From Dendrobates tinctorius (Eukaryota): a stretch of DNA of 64,000 bases. The stretch covers positions 3,100,001 to 3,164,000 of the forward strand of contig NW_027361986.1 in the NCBI RefSeq assembly GCF_039654945.1. Direction: 5' to 3'. The translations under genes were made by a program, and so were the position numbers. The notes below the pieces were generated by a model. That model ran no database searches, was not told where the DNA came from, and worked only from the letters and a program-made list of their open reading frames with translations. Each line of letters starts with the position of its first letter. The stretch's first letter is position 1. Shown here piece by piece: positions 47,860-59,950 of the stretch.

Positions 47860-50800
47860 GGATCAGGACACCACCAATAAGCAAGCTTGTGCTTCCCAGG
47901 AAGGCCAAAAAGTTGGATAAGGACTATCTCCAGGCAGTAAAACTTGTTCTCGAACTCTACAGTCATAGCGCATCTTATTGCGCCTCACTGAAGACCCAGA
48001 GGCCTGTTCTGCCAATCTGTAAGATTTTTTCAAATCTTCTTGTAGCTGGGACACATTTTAAGTAGGTAGTCCCATTGAAGTTGTCAAAGGATGTCCCAAA
48101 ACTGATATCCACTGGTGTTGTGAGTTCATTCTCCCCTCCGTCACTGAGGCCTGGTGAACTCCCTATTCTAGTGAAGGAAGGTAGTGAGCCTGATTATCAG
48201 GCACCTGGTACTAATGAAGACGATTGGCTGAGTGGAGTCACTGACTGGATTTAAGGCAGCCTACGCCCTTTCTGCCCTGCGGGTGATTTCTCTGTGGACT
48301 CTTGGACACCAGTCTGATTCCTGCTCTCCTAAAGCTAAGTTTTCTGTTTTGCCTTTTTGCATTTAAGATTTGTTTTTCTTGCTTTTTGGATTCTGCCACT
48401 CCCTGCTGGAGTGTGCAGTGTTCCGTTAGTTCTGTCTTCTGAAAGTACCTGAGTGCTGATTTAGTTTTTGAAGCTTAGTTGCTTCAGGGCCATTTTTTTA
48501 TCAGCTTGTTGGCTTTTGTCTCTGATAGGGTTTTGGCAGATTGCAGACAGCAGCTTTCCTATCCGTTCCTATCTAGGTAGTTTTTGGGCCCCGTCTTTGC
48601 TCAGCCTGTCTTTCTGTCTGTGTAAGTGTTTTCATCTTGCTTCACCGTCATTATATGTGGGGGGCTGCCTATTGCTTTGGGGTCTGCTCTGGGGCAGTTA
48701 GATTTCCCCTTTCCTTCTTTAGGCCTATGTATCTCTCCGGCTGTGAACGAGGGGTCTAGGTCATCGTAGGAACCCCCCACGGCTACTGCTAGTTGTGTTG
48801 ATAGGTTCAGGGGTCTGCAATCTGATAGTTGCCAACTTCTCTGGTTTTCTGGACTTAGCTAGCATTTCTGTTTTTGCCTCCTACGGTGACTCAATCATAA
48901 CACACTGGTAGCCGAGCTTGTCTTCCAAACATGAGGAAGTAAGGCGAGTATCCAGTTGACTCATTTGTGGTGCAATTGCAGGCATGAACCAACTGACTCA
49001 CATGCCTGCTCCAGTGTCCTTTCTTCGTGGGATCTAATGTGCCCAACATGATCAAAAGGGTACAATTGAACCTCTCAGGTTGAGGGTCCCCTAGGGGGTG
49101 ATAGGGGGTGGTTCTGGATTTCTTGATCGCACAGATGGCGCATTGCTCCTTGATTAATCTACTTTCAAAATCTCTTCCTTGATCGGTATGGATGCGGGCT
49201 GGCAGCCCATAATGCACAAAGAACTTCTCCCATAGAGATTTTGCCACAGTAGTTGCCCTTTGATCTTTAGTGGGGTAAGCTTGGGCATATCGGGTGAAAT
49301 GATCAGTGGCCACTAACGCATTACTGACATTACTTTCATCAGGCTCAATGGAGAGGAAATCAATGCACACTAGCTCAAGTGGGCCATCACTGGTAATGTT
49401 CACAACGGGGGGGCGGTTCTCAAAGGCAAAGTTTTTCTCAACACACACCTGGAGCATGATTTGCAGTATTCTTCTATATCCGCTTCCATCCGAGGCCAAT
49501 AAAATCGGTCGGCCACAAGACCCGTGGTCTTCTCGATGCCAAGATGTCCATGATCATCATGCTGGGACTTCATGACCATCCTCCGAAATCGGGTGGGTAA
49601 CACCAGCTGTCTACGAACTCCTCCCTTCTGGCACTTTGCCTCCCGGTATAGTAGCCCATTTCTTACTACTAGCGACTCTAGCTGCCGAGTCAGCAGGACA
49701 GACTCCTCTGTTCTCAATGCATTCTTCTCAGGCCTCAAGCCCCTCTTAACCCACCATCGGACTACCCCCACCGACCGATCCTCCTGCTGCGCCGTTCTAC
49801 CTTGATTACGAGTCAGTTGAGGAAGAGAATCTGGGGTCACATTTGTCACTTTGCAGTACAACAACGGGAGCGCTTCACTGGATGCTCCCAAGAATTCAGC
49901 ACAGCACTGCATAGGGTGGGCATTAGTTTGATGTCTATGGCACAGAGTCTTCACCTCCAAGGCAGGGACCTCTATCCATCCTCCCTCTACTTTCTCAATT
50001 AAGGGTTCCCTAGGCAGGCGAGAAAGGGTGTCTGCATCAATGTTACTGATCCCTTATCGATATTTTAAGCTGAAATCGTATAAAGAGTGCGGCAAGCCAT
50101 CGGTGCCCCGTGGCATCCAATTTTGCTGTGGTTCTCACGTAGGTTAATAGATTGTTGTCAGTATAACCACAAAATGTACCCCATAGAGGTAGTCATGCAG
50201 CGTGTCCACTACAGCCCATTTCAGAGCCAGAAACTCCAGTTTGTGAGCTGGGTAGTTGCGTTCACTAGGAGTCAATCCTCGACTAATGTATTAAACGGGA
50301 CGCAGATAGCCAACATGGTCCTGGTAGAGAACTCCTCCTAGTCCATAAAGAGAAGCATCCACATGTAACACATATGGTTTACTGGGGTCAGCATAGGCCA
50401 ACACTGGAGTTTGGGTCAAACATGAGTTCAGTTTCTCAAATGCCTCATTGCATACAGGTGCCCATCTTTCCCCAAAGAGTTCATTAACCTCTGAAGTAGA
50501 CCCTTTTTCTCGACTTTGAGGAGTGGGCTGTCCTCCCGGAAGGGGGATACCCTTGGGTAAGGGCAGCTAATGGCTTCGCAATCCGAGAGTACTGGGGTAC
50601 AAATCTTCGGTAATAGCCACAAAATCCTAAAAAGGACCTAAGCTCCTTCAGTTTGGTGGGCTTAGGCCAGTTTACAACAGCCTCCACTTTGGCGGGATCG
50701 GTGGAAATTCCTTCTCGGCCGACTATGTGCCCCACATACTTCACAGTCGTCTGGCAAATTCGGCACTTGTCAAGGGACAACTTCAACCCAGCCTCTTTCA

Positions 50801-51936
50801 ACCGATCCAGCACCTTGAACAACCGCTGGTTGTGTTCTTCCAGAGTCTTCCCAAAAACAATAAGATCATCCAGATAAACCAGGACCTCACGTAAGTGCAT
50901 GTCCCCCACCACTTTGTCCATATATCTCTGAAAAGTGGCCGGATCACCTGTCAGTCCTTGAGGCAGTCTCTTGAACTTGAAGAACCCAATAGGGAATGGG
51001 GCAGATAAAAGCGGTCTTCTCTTGATCTTCTTTTGACATGGGTATCTGATAGTAACCACTCCGAAGATCTAACACAGAAAACCATTGGCTTCCTTGCAGA
51101 CAATCCAAAGCTTCATCGATTCGGGGCACAGTGTACTGGTCAGGGACCGTACGTTTATTCAAGGTGCGATAATCCACACACATCCGAATATCTCCATTTT
51201 TTTTCCGCGCTATCACGATAGGGGAAGCATAGGGGCTACTAGACTCTATGATGACTCCTGTGTCCAGCATACCACGTAAATGCCGCCTGACATCTTCGAT
51301 ATCCGCCGGAGCCAATCTTCGGGATCTCTCTCGGAAAGGCTTTTGATCCTTCAACCGAATGCGATGCTCTACTCCTTGAGCAAGGCCCACGTCCCATTCG
51401 TCCAGAGAGAACACTGCCCCCCGCATCATCATGCCATCGATGACCAGCCTCCTGTCTTCACTTTCCAGCTCACTTCCTTCAAAACAGGGGTCAAAGCTTT
51501 CAGGCTGTAGTCTTCTCTTCCTCCTTTTTCACATAGGCTTCCAAACAGACTGGGTGGATGGATAGGGTCTGCGAGTAATTTTCTCCCCCAACTTCCCGAC
51601 ACCACTGAGCTAATGTACGGAAATGTTAGCATTTTCTCCCACTATGACAGGTGTTGGTCTCTCATCTGCCTCTGGGCAGATTAACGCTATGATGGGTATC
51701 TCTTTGTCCACTCCAACAGTCTTTGGGAATCGTAGTGTCACGGACACGTACCCTCTGTAGGGATAGCTGTGCTCACTCAGTCCCCACACCGCGAGTCCAG
51801 ACAACGGTTTCAGAGGTACGTTGGACAAATATCTCTTACACCATCCTTCGAAGATGGACACTTGAGATCCAGTATCCAGCAACACTGTACAGGGTTGACC
51901 ATTGATATATGCGGAGACATGTGGGGCTGGTCCCAC
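47860..51936 (-). pseudogene. Gypsy pol (PR-RT-RNase H-IN), disrupted
   Basis: LLDTGS protease; RMCVDYRTLN, LDLRSGYYQ and YLDD in RT; HGHLG..C..C, CIDF, HTDQG and PERFN in integrase; many frameshifts; solo LTR inserted in IN. Confidence 0.92.
48116..48902. mobile_element. Solo LTR inserted in the Gypsy integrase
   Basis: TGTTGTGA...TCATAACA termini, CACTGG duplicated on both sides, splits the peptide RLPV|DISFG. Confidence 0.85.
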
Positions 51937-52089
51937 TAAACCTTCAGGCAGTGTGTTTGATGAGGCACTATTGGATGGGGCGATAGAGTAGGTCTTAGCT
52001 GATGATGGGGGTGCAGTATGGGGTTCTACTGACCCCCTTTCTCGTTTCCCGGCTGCCTCTGAGTGTGATGGGGAAGACGTGAAGAGTTC

Positions 52090-53400
52090 TTAGAGCTTCC
52101 ACTTCTTCGGACACTGACGAGCCATAAGGTCTGGACTCCCACAAACAAAGCACCCTTCTGGTTTCCTACTCTTTACTCTAGAGAGGTCATCATTCTCGCT
52201 TCCTGAAACTAGGGTTTTCTTCTCGGCTACCTCCGCAGCATTTTGTAGCCGCTGTATTGTCTTGGCCTGGGCACTTAACAATTGTGTAATCTGCTCCCCC
52301 TGTTTCTCAATGACTGTCAGCAGTTCCATCTCTCGGCTGCTGGCTTCAGGGCAACAGTAGTCACCCGAGGGGATGTCTTCTCTCTTTCTGCCAAAATAGC
52401 CTCCTCCTTGCAAACTTTCTTAAGCAGCTCATGAAAAGAACCAGGAATCTTCTCTCTATCATAAGACCTCCTCCGCTGGGCAATTGGATCATGCGTGAGA
52501 GCTCCTCTGAGTACTTGTTCCAGACGATACTGATCAACTTCTTTAGGGCTGACTCCACCTTTAGATTCTATTCTATGAACCAGCTTGTCTAGCCGGAAGA
52601 GATAGTCTGACATCTTCTCATCTGGCAGTTGGTAGGTGGTACAGAGTTTATAGAGAAGATCAGTAGCATCTTCAGGGGATCCAAAAGCATCTTCTAAAGC
52701 ACTCATAATCTTGATAAGTTGCTTGTGGCTTGCTCCGCCAAGCAGCCTGCACCACTTCCATAGCAGTACCCTTTAAACTTTCTACTATTCTCTGCTTCTT
52801 CACAGCATCGGTGCACTGCCACTCTTCTAAGCACAGCAAAGTGACATCCCTCCAAGCATCATAGCCTTCTTCTTCAGCAGGGGTGGGGAGGGCACCCGAA
52901 AAAGTTCTTAGGCAACGGTAGTTCCCCTCTGACTGCATCTTTACGAACTGACTGACTAACTTTTCCATCGCTGTCATAAGCGCATCAGCAGGGGCAGCTG
53001 TCTCTTCCTGACTGGCCCTAAATGGGGTAGAGGGCGGACTTACACTAGTCTTTCTAGGCTGAGTGGTTGATCCCTGTTGCCGGGTCTCCACTTCGAACTC
53101 AATAGGCCAAGTGATCTTCCATTGTCTACTATGCTCTGGGGACACAGTTATCATGGATGGGAAATATTCTTTCCTTAAAATCTGCCCTGTTGAGATCAGG
53201 GCTGTGGGTAATTGTCCCCCTTTTTCCTTCCTGCGGTCGACCACTTTAGGGTGTGCAAGTTCAGTGAGTCGGCTAACTATTTTCAGTATCTCCTCATCAG
53301 ACGCATCACGGAGCTCACCACTCACTGCAAAGCTTTGTTCAGCTGCAACCTCCATCTCTTCGCACCACAAATATGCTTCTTGCTCTGTTAAAGTCTCCAT
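52090..53400 (-). pseudogene. Gypsy gag, PNMA-like capsid, frameshifted
   Basis: YRCLRTFSG...EEEGYDAW...KKQRIVESLKG.A PNMA-type motif; degenerate zinc knuckle CFVCGSPDLMARQC; split over three frames. Confidence 0.88.
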
Positions 53401-53427
53401 AGTAAATACTCCTGTGTTAGTTCTGAA

Positions 53428-53445
53428 ATCTCAGCGGTGCCTCCA
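53428..53445 (-). promoter_or_regulatory. Primer-binding site, tRNA-Thr type
   Basis: TGGAGGCACCGCTGAGAT, 1 nt inside the 5' LTR boundary; complementary, with one mismatch, to the 3' end of vertebrate tRNA-Thr (…UCCCAGCGGUGCCUCCA, recalled). Confidence 0.75.
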
Positions 53446-55042
53446 CTGTAACACCCCTTTAGGGCTACCACTGTACCCTGGGTGTTATGGAGGGTCTCAC
53501 CTCTTTTGCACGCAGTGCCTCCACCCGAATCTTGACTGGAGCTCTGTCTCTGGGTTGCAGGAGGACAGTTATCTTCTGCCAGGGGCTGATTCGGGAAACC
53601 CCTGCCACAGCTTGGTACACACTCAGGAAGCAGGAGTAAAACAGTTTAACAGATTTATTGCTATAAAGCAGAATTGAGGTGGGTTTAAAGGAATAAACAT
53701 ACAATGCAATTAACTGTGCTCTATAAAAGTCATATACACATCACCGTCTAATTAAACTACAACCCTACAAATATAACGTGGCAAAATCCCCCTCTTCTGT
53801 ATTTACTCAGTCCAAACGTTGGGGCCCAGTTGCCACGGATGTTGGCGCGCAAAGTAACAATCGTGGGTGCACTTAGATGAACATTGATGTCAATAGTTTA
53901 TGTTGCCGTGTACTCACTGTAAATAGTGCTGATAGAACCACAAGTCTCATAAGGGCACTCACTGTGCCTCTAATGACCGGAGGATTCTTTGGACTCTAGC
54001 TCGGGGCTGCAGAATTTAGACCTTTATCCGATGGGAGTGCCGGCCGGACTCTCTGGATCTTTGCTCTCTCCAGCAACACAGGTATCTCTGCGGGGTCCCC
54101 CACACTCTGCAACTTAGGGGAATCAAGATCCACACAGCTCTGTCTCTCATGACCAGCAGCAGCCACGTTATCTCTCCTCTGCACATTTCCTTTCACTTTC
54201 TCCACAGCATCCTCCCCCAAGTCCCTCCTCCTCCCTTCTTCTATCATCTCACTGGTGTCAGAGACACCGCACTACACTTGCTCATAGAGCCAGTGCGCGT
54301 GTCCAGAGCACAGAAGCAGTGCTAAGAGTTACCTGGGGAGCAGGGCAGCAGAGGTGACAATGCATGCTCCAACTATTAGTGTCAGGGTCCAGTCAGCGCT
54401 GGAAAGTAAAGAGGCACGGGACCTGCGGACACTGAAAATGAGCACGCTTGCACGGGACCTATGGTCATGTGACTGCAAGGGGGCGTGGCTTAGCGTCCTG
54501 CTTTCAGATATGACAGGACACCATACAACAACTCAGAGTCAGGCAAAATGGAGGTCACAACAGTACGGGCAAACGAGGCACAGGAGGGATAAACAGACGG
54601 GAGGTCAGACAAAGCCAAAGGTCATACACAGGATCACAGTACAGTACCAGGGATGAGACAGAGCGGATAATCAGGGCCAAGCAGAAATCAAAACCAAACA
54701 GACATATAAGGTACCAGGCAGAATCCAAAGCGATATCCAGAGAACAGACCGAGTCATACACAGAGAATCAAGTAACCAGAACACAGCACAAACACACTCA
54801 GGGGTCACCACACAATGCCAAGGGCAAGAGTATAACTGACAGGGATGGGAGCGTTCTGAGGCTATAAGAAGCCTCCCCCAGAACCAGGGAGAGGCCACAA
54901 TCATAGCCCCAGGTGTGCAGGTAAGCCTGCATCGGGATCACAACCTTTAACCCCAGAAAAGCCAGTCATCAGCACTGGTTCCAGACATTAACCCCACGTG
55001 TGCGAGTCAAACCCGCACTGAGATCATGACAGTACCCCCCTC

Positions 55043-56260
55043 TCAACGGGGGGCCTCTGGAGCCCCAGGCTTGCCCGGGTACTTAGCATGGAAAGCCCAT
55101 ACCAGGCGATCAGCATGCATCAACCGGGCCGGTACCCAGGACCTGTCCTCCGGTCCATACCCCATCCAATGAACCAGGTACTGTACCGACCGCCGTACCA
55201 ACCTGGAATCTACGATATGACCAACCTCGTACTCCACCTGCCCCTCGACCAAAACAGGAGAAGCAGCAGACTCTGAGTCTCCCCGGACTGCTTCAAAAGG
55301 TTTCAGTAGAGATTTGTGGAAGACGTTAGGGATCTTGAAAGAGGGTGGAAGGCACAGCCTATACGCTACTGGATTGATTTTTTCCACAATCTTGTACGGG
55401 CCAATGAATTTGGGTCCTAACTTGGCTGACGGAATCTTCAACTTAATGTTTCGCGTGGAGAGCCAAACTTTCTCTCCAACCTGAAACGTGGGACCAGGTG
55501 TTCGTTTCCTGTCCGCAAAAAACTTATACCTGCCTTGAGACCTGGATATACGCCGCTGGACTTCTGCCCATGTATCTTTTAACCGCTGAACAGAGTCCTC
55601 AGCCCCGGGGCACCCCGAATCCAGACGAGAAAACTCACCAAAATGAGGACTGAACCCATAGTTAATCAAGAAAGGGGACCTACCAGTGGATTGACTCACC
55701 CGACTATTGAAGGCAAATTCAGCCAACGGCAGTGCATCGCACCAGTCATTCTGTCTAGCAGAGGTTAGACACCTGCGGATCTGTTCCAGGGACTGGTTAG
55801 TGTGCTCCGTCTGCCATTGCTCTCAGGATGGTTCATCATAAATGTGCCCGAGGGCCTCAAAAAATGCATTCACTGACATACGTTCAGGAGCAGAGGAAGA
55901 CAGAGAGAAAGCCCATGCTTGCGGAGCCCCCCGAAGTAGGGAAATAATGACCCCCACCCTCTGGAACTCATCCCCGGAGGAGCGGGGCCTTAGAGAAAAA
56001 AAAAGCTTGCATCCTTCTCTGAAAGACCTGAACTCCTTTTTATCCCCTGAGAAAAGGTCTGGTAATTTGACCGGAGATTCGGGGGACGCTAATGACACAT
56101 CCCTACCCCCAGAACCAGAAGCCCCTGCATCGACAGCCCCCTGCACAGTAACCACCAACTGTTGCTGGGTCTGGGCCATCGTGCGTTGTTCCACATTGAG
56201 CTTATGGAACATTTGGGTCAGGTGCTTGACCTGATCAGCCAAGGCTTGTATGGGATCCAT
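55043..56260 (-). pseudogene. Sushi-type gag N-terminus joined by deletion to integrase C-terminus and chromodomain
   Basis: MDPIQALADQV...LPDLFSGD...VIISLLRGAPQAWA (Sushi/PEG10-like gag) stops at 55823; then HPESNG.TE, GPY motif KLGPKFIGPY and chromodomain EYEV..IVDSR...QYLVHW.GYGPEDRSWVP. Confidence 0.9.
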
Positions 56261-56365
56261 GAGGATAACACACACTTTTTTTTTTTTTTTTCCTTCAGAG
56301 AAAAAAAAAACAAAACTGAAACGGTCAGTTATAATGTCAGAGACACCGCACTACACTTGCTCATA

Positions 56366-56727
56366 GGCTGTGTTCACACACAGCGTTTTTTTTACGGTTT
56401 TTACCGCGGTTTTCACTATAAAACCGCTATAAAACCGCTAAAAATAAGGTGCACAGTCATTTCTATGCATTTTGCACTTTTTGTGCACATTGATGCGTTT
56501 TTTACCGCGAAAAAAACGCATCGCGGTAAAAACCGCAGCATGCACATTAATTTTGCGTTTTTTTCCGCGGTTTAGGCTTCTCCCATGCTTTTAGAAACCG
56601 CTTCGGTAAAAAACGCATCAAAACCGCGCAAAAAACGCGCAAAAACCGCTGCGGAAAAATAGGTGCGGTTTCTGGGAAGGGATTCAGGTTTTTGTGCAGA
56701 AATTTTCTGCAACGTGTGCACTTAGCC
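56366..56727. mobile_element. PIF/Harbinger-type MITE inside the chromovirus 5' LTR
   Basis: Termini GGCTGTGTTCACAC / GTGTGCACTTAGCC; absent from the sister LTR (empty site CTCATAGAGCC at about 54281). Confidence 0.9.
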
Positions 56728-58031
56728 TTAGAGCCAGTGCGCGTGTCCTGAGTACAGAAGCAGTGCTAAGAGTTACCTGGGGAGCAGGGCAGCAGAGGTG
56801 ACAATGCATGCTCCAACTATTAGTGTCAGGGTCCAGTCAGCGCTGGAAAGTAAAGAGGCACGGGACCTGCGGACACTGAAAATGAGCACGCTTGCACGGG
56901 ACCTATGGTCATGTGACTGCAAGGGGGCGTGGCTTAGCGTCCTGCTTTCAGATATGACAGGACACCATACAACAACTCAGAGTCAGGCAAAACGGAGGTC
57001 ACAACAGTACGGGCAAACGAGGCACAGGAGGGACAAACAGAGGTCAGACAAAGCCAAAGGTCATACACAGGATCACAGTACAGTACCAGGGATGAGACAG
57101 AGCGGATAATCAGGGCCAAGCAGAGATCAAAACCAAACAGACATAGGAGGTACCAGGCAGAATCCAAAGCGATATCCAGGGAACAGACCGAGTCATACAC
57201 AGAGAATCAAGCAACCAGAACACAGCACAAACACACTCAGGGGTCACCACACAATGCCAAGGGCAAGAGTATAACTGACAGGGATGGGAGTGTTCTGAGG
57301 CTATAAGAAGCCTCCCCCAGAACCAGGGAGAGGCCACAATCATAGCCCCAGGTGTGCAGGTAAGCCTGCATCGGGATCACAACCTTTAACCCCAGAAATG
57401 CCAGTCATCAGCACTGGTTCCAGACATTAACCCCACGTGTGCGAGTCAAACCCGCACTGAGATCATGACAACTGGAACAATGATTCCTGGGAGTTATAGT
57501 CTTCTGCCACTCAGGAGAAAAACGATTAGTGTCTGTAGGTCCTGTTTAACAACCACTGCAAAACTCTTAGAGTGTGTAAGCTCCAGCATGCCGGTAGATG
57601 CTCTGACAGTTCCCTGTGCAGGTGTTACATGTGTATATAGAGTAATTAGCGAGCAGCCGATCATTCTAGATAACCAAACATTGGATGTGTCTCTCCTGCT
57701 CCCTTGTGAACACCTAGGTGCCAAACCAAAGGTGAGAGAAGAGCCTGAACAGTCCCAGCCAGGATGGCTCTGCCGCAGCAGAAGGGAAGCAATAGGTTCA
57801 GGTCATCCTTCCAGTAATATGAGATTGACACCATCTGTGGATATATCCATGATCGGGGAACATATCGGCATCTGTGAGTAAAATAGCAAAAGTGTTGGTA
57901 GCTGGCAACCACAGGAATGGAATATCTCTCTGAATTATGGGGAGCGGACAGAGAAAAACTATAACTGAAACATCAACAGCTGTTCTGTGTTTGGAGACAC
58001 TCCTGGTTTTGGCATAGAAATACTGATCTAA

Positions 58032-59107
58032 GGCTGGTTTCACATTTGCGTTTTTTAGCGCTGGAAAAAAACGCATATGTGCGCATGCGTTTTTTCCCCT
58101 ATATTTAACATGGGTGCGCATACCTGCGCGCTTGTAAGCGCATGTATGCGATTTTCATGCGCTGCGTTTTTTTGGGGTGTGCGTTTGTATTTTCCAGACG
58201 CAGCATGTTGCATTTTTTGGCCCTGCAAAAAAGCGCATGCGCACATATGCGCACGTTTTGCGCTAAAAATGGCCATTATAGCCTATGGATGCGCATATGT
58301 GCGCACTGGCATGCTCATGTATGCGTTTTTTTGCATATGCGTTTTTTTTTTTTAACCATGGAATTTAGGGGTTTGGGTTAGAGTTAGGGTTAGTTAAGGG
58401 GGTTTAGGGTTAGGGTTAGGGTCAGGGTTAGGGTTGGGGTTTGGGTCAGGGTTAGGGTTAAGTATGGTTTTGTTAAGGGTTAGGGTCAGGGTTAGGGTCA
58501 GGATTAGGGTTAAGTATGGTTTGGTTAAGGGTTAGGGTCAGGGTTAGGGTTAGGGTTAGGGTCAGGGTTAGGGTTAGGGTTAGGGTCAAGTATGGTTTTG
58601 TTAAGGGTTAGGGTCAGGTTTAGGGTCAGGATTAGGGTTAAGTATGGTTTGGTTAAGGGTTAGGGTCAGGGTTAGGGTCAGGGTTAGGGTTAGGGATGGT
58701 TTTGTTAAGGGTTAGGGTCAGGGTTAGGGTCAGGATTAGGGTTAAGTATGGTTTGGTTAAGGGTTAGGGTCAGGGTTAGGGTTAGTTAGGGTTTAGGGTT
58801 TGGGTTAGGGTTAAGTATGATTTGGTTAAGGGTTAGGGTCAGGGTTAGGGTTAGGGTTAGGGTTAGGGTTAGTAAAGTCATGGTTTGGGTTAGTGTGAGG
58901 GGCCACCTAATGTTGGAAAAAAACGCAAACGCGGTAAAAACGCACTAAAAACGCATACAAACGCATAAAAACGCTGCGTTTTTTTCATGCATGCTCATAA
59001 AAATGCTTGAAAAAAACGCAGCAGTTGTATGCTTTTGTATGCGTTTTTTCAATGCGTTTTTTTGCGGGAAAAACGCGCTGCAAAAAAAAGCAAGTGTGAA
59101 ACTAGCC
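58032..59107. mobile_element. PIF/Harbinger-type MITE with a telomeric-repeat core
   Basis: TIRs GGCTGGTTTCACA / TGTGAAACTAGCC, TAA TSD on both sides. Confidence 0.85.
58365..58893 (+). repeat. Interstitial telomeric-like repeat (TTAGGG/TCAGGG)n
   Basis: Tandem TTAGGG and TCAGGG punctuated by a recurring TTAAGTATGGTTT(G/T)GTTAAGGG block. Confidence 0.95.
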
Positions 59108-59950
59108 TAACATACTGATGTGTGAATGAGGCCTTAAACTATGTGCTACTTAAAGGTAAAGTAGTACAGAGGCGGGGTCCGAGTTCAGATCTCCGATTTT
59201 TTTCGGCCTGTAGCAAAAATTGCAGCGTGCTGCAACTGACTCTGCAATTCGGATCACGCACATCCATTAAAAGTCTATGGGTGAGCGTGAAACATCGGAC
59301 TGCACTCGAATGTCATTGGAGTGCATTCGGATATCTGTAGACAATGGAGAAATTAAGTTCTCCAACTTCTCCACATCTGTTTCTTGCATGTGAGAGAATC
59401 GAGTCACACCAAGATGTCACTCAGAATAAACTCTGATCAGAGTTTAAGCCAAGTGTTATTAGCAAAATCAAGCCAAATCTCTTGCATGAGAGAATCTATA
59501 ATCATGTGAGCAGGGGTGGATTAAGAGTAGCCATGGCTCCGGAAAGCTTGGAAGGTGTGGGCCAACCCCCCAGGTACATGATGTATCATGTCATATGATC
59601 CCCAATAGATCATGTGATAGGTCATGTCAGTGACACACGAGCTCTAGGGCACATCCATGCACAAAAAACATCAGAAATACTACTGTTATGTACAACACTA
59701 TAAATAACACATCCGCAACATGGCACAGCATCTTTTTCCAATGCGCTTCCCCCTCTTTTGATCATTCAGGGTTTTATCAGGGATTTTCTTCATTAAGGAC
59801 AAGAAAAGGAGACCATAAGCCATACTGACCCATGCAGTATGCCCCCCACACAGCCCCCTACACAGTATAAATCCACACACAGCTGCCTACACACAGTGTG
59901 AGCACCCACATAGCTACATATACATATATATCTCTATCTATCTATATGTA

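Larger units (their letters stand above)
54256..57470 (-). mobile_element. Internally deleted Sushi-like chromovirus nested in the Gypsy 5' LTR
   Basis: LTRs at 54256-55031 and 56335-57470 (TGTCA...TGACA), TSD ACTGG, polypurine tract at about 55035-55043, 1.3-kb interior. Confidence 0.93.
46099..57629 (-). mobile_element. Full-length decayed Gypsy/Ty3 LTR retrotransposon
   Basis: Direct-repeat LTRs (TGTAACACC...GGTGTTACA) at 46099-47050 and 53447-57629 (the latter interrupted); TSD TGTG; polypurine tract ATGGGGAGAA at 47060-47051; gag-PR-RT-RH-IN order. Confidence 0.95.

Noticed and set aside
52090-53400. Possible domesticated PNMA-family gene
   Set aside because: Frameshifted and located between LTRs with PBS and pol, so it is retrotransposon gag.
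55043-56275. Possible RTL1/PEG10-like or chromobox host gene
   Set aside because: Flanked by paired LTRs, PPT and TSD, so it is a deleted chromovirus.
58365-58893. True telomere or chromosome-fusion site
   Set aside because: Single orientation, degenerate, enclosed by MITE TIRs and a TSD, with no head-to-head TTAGGG/CCCTAA junction.
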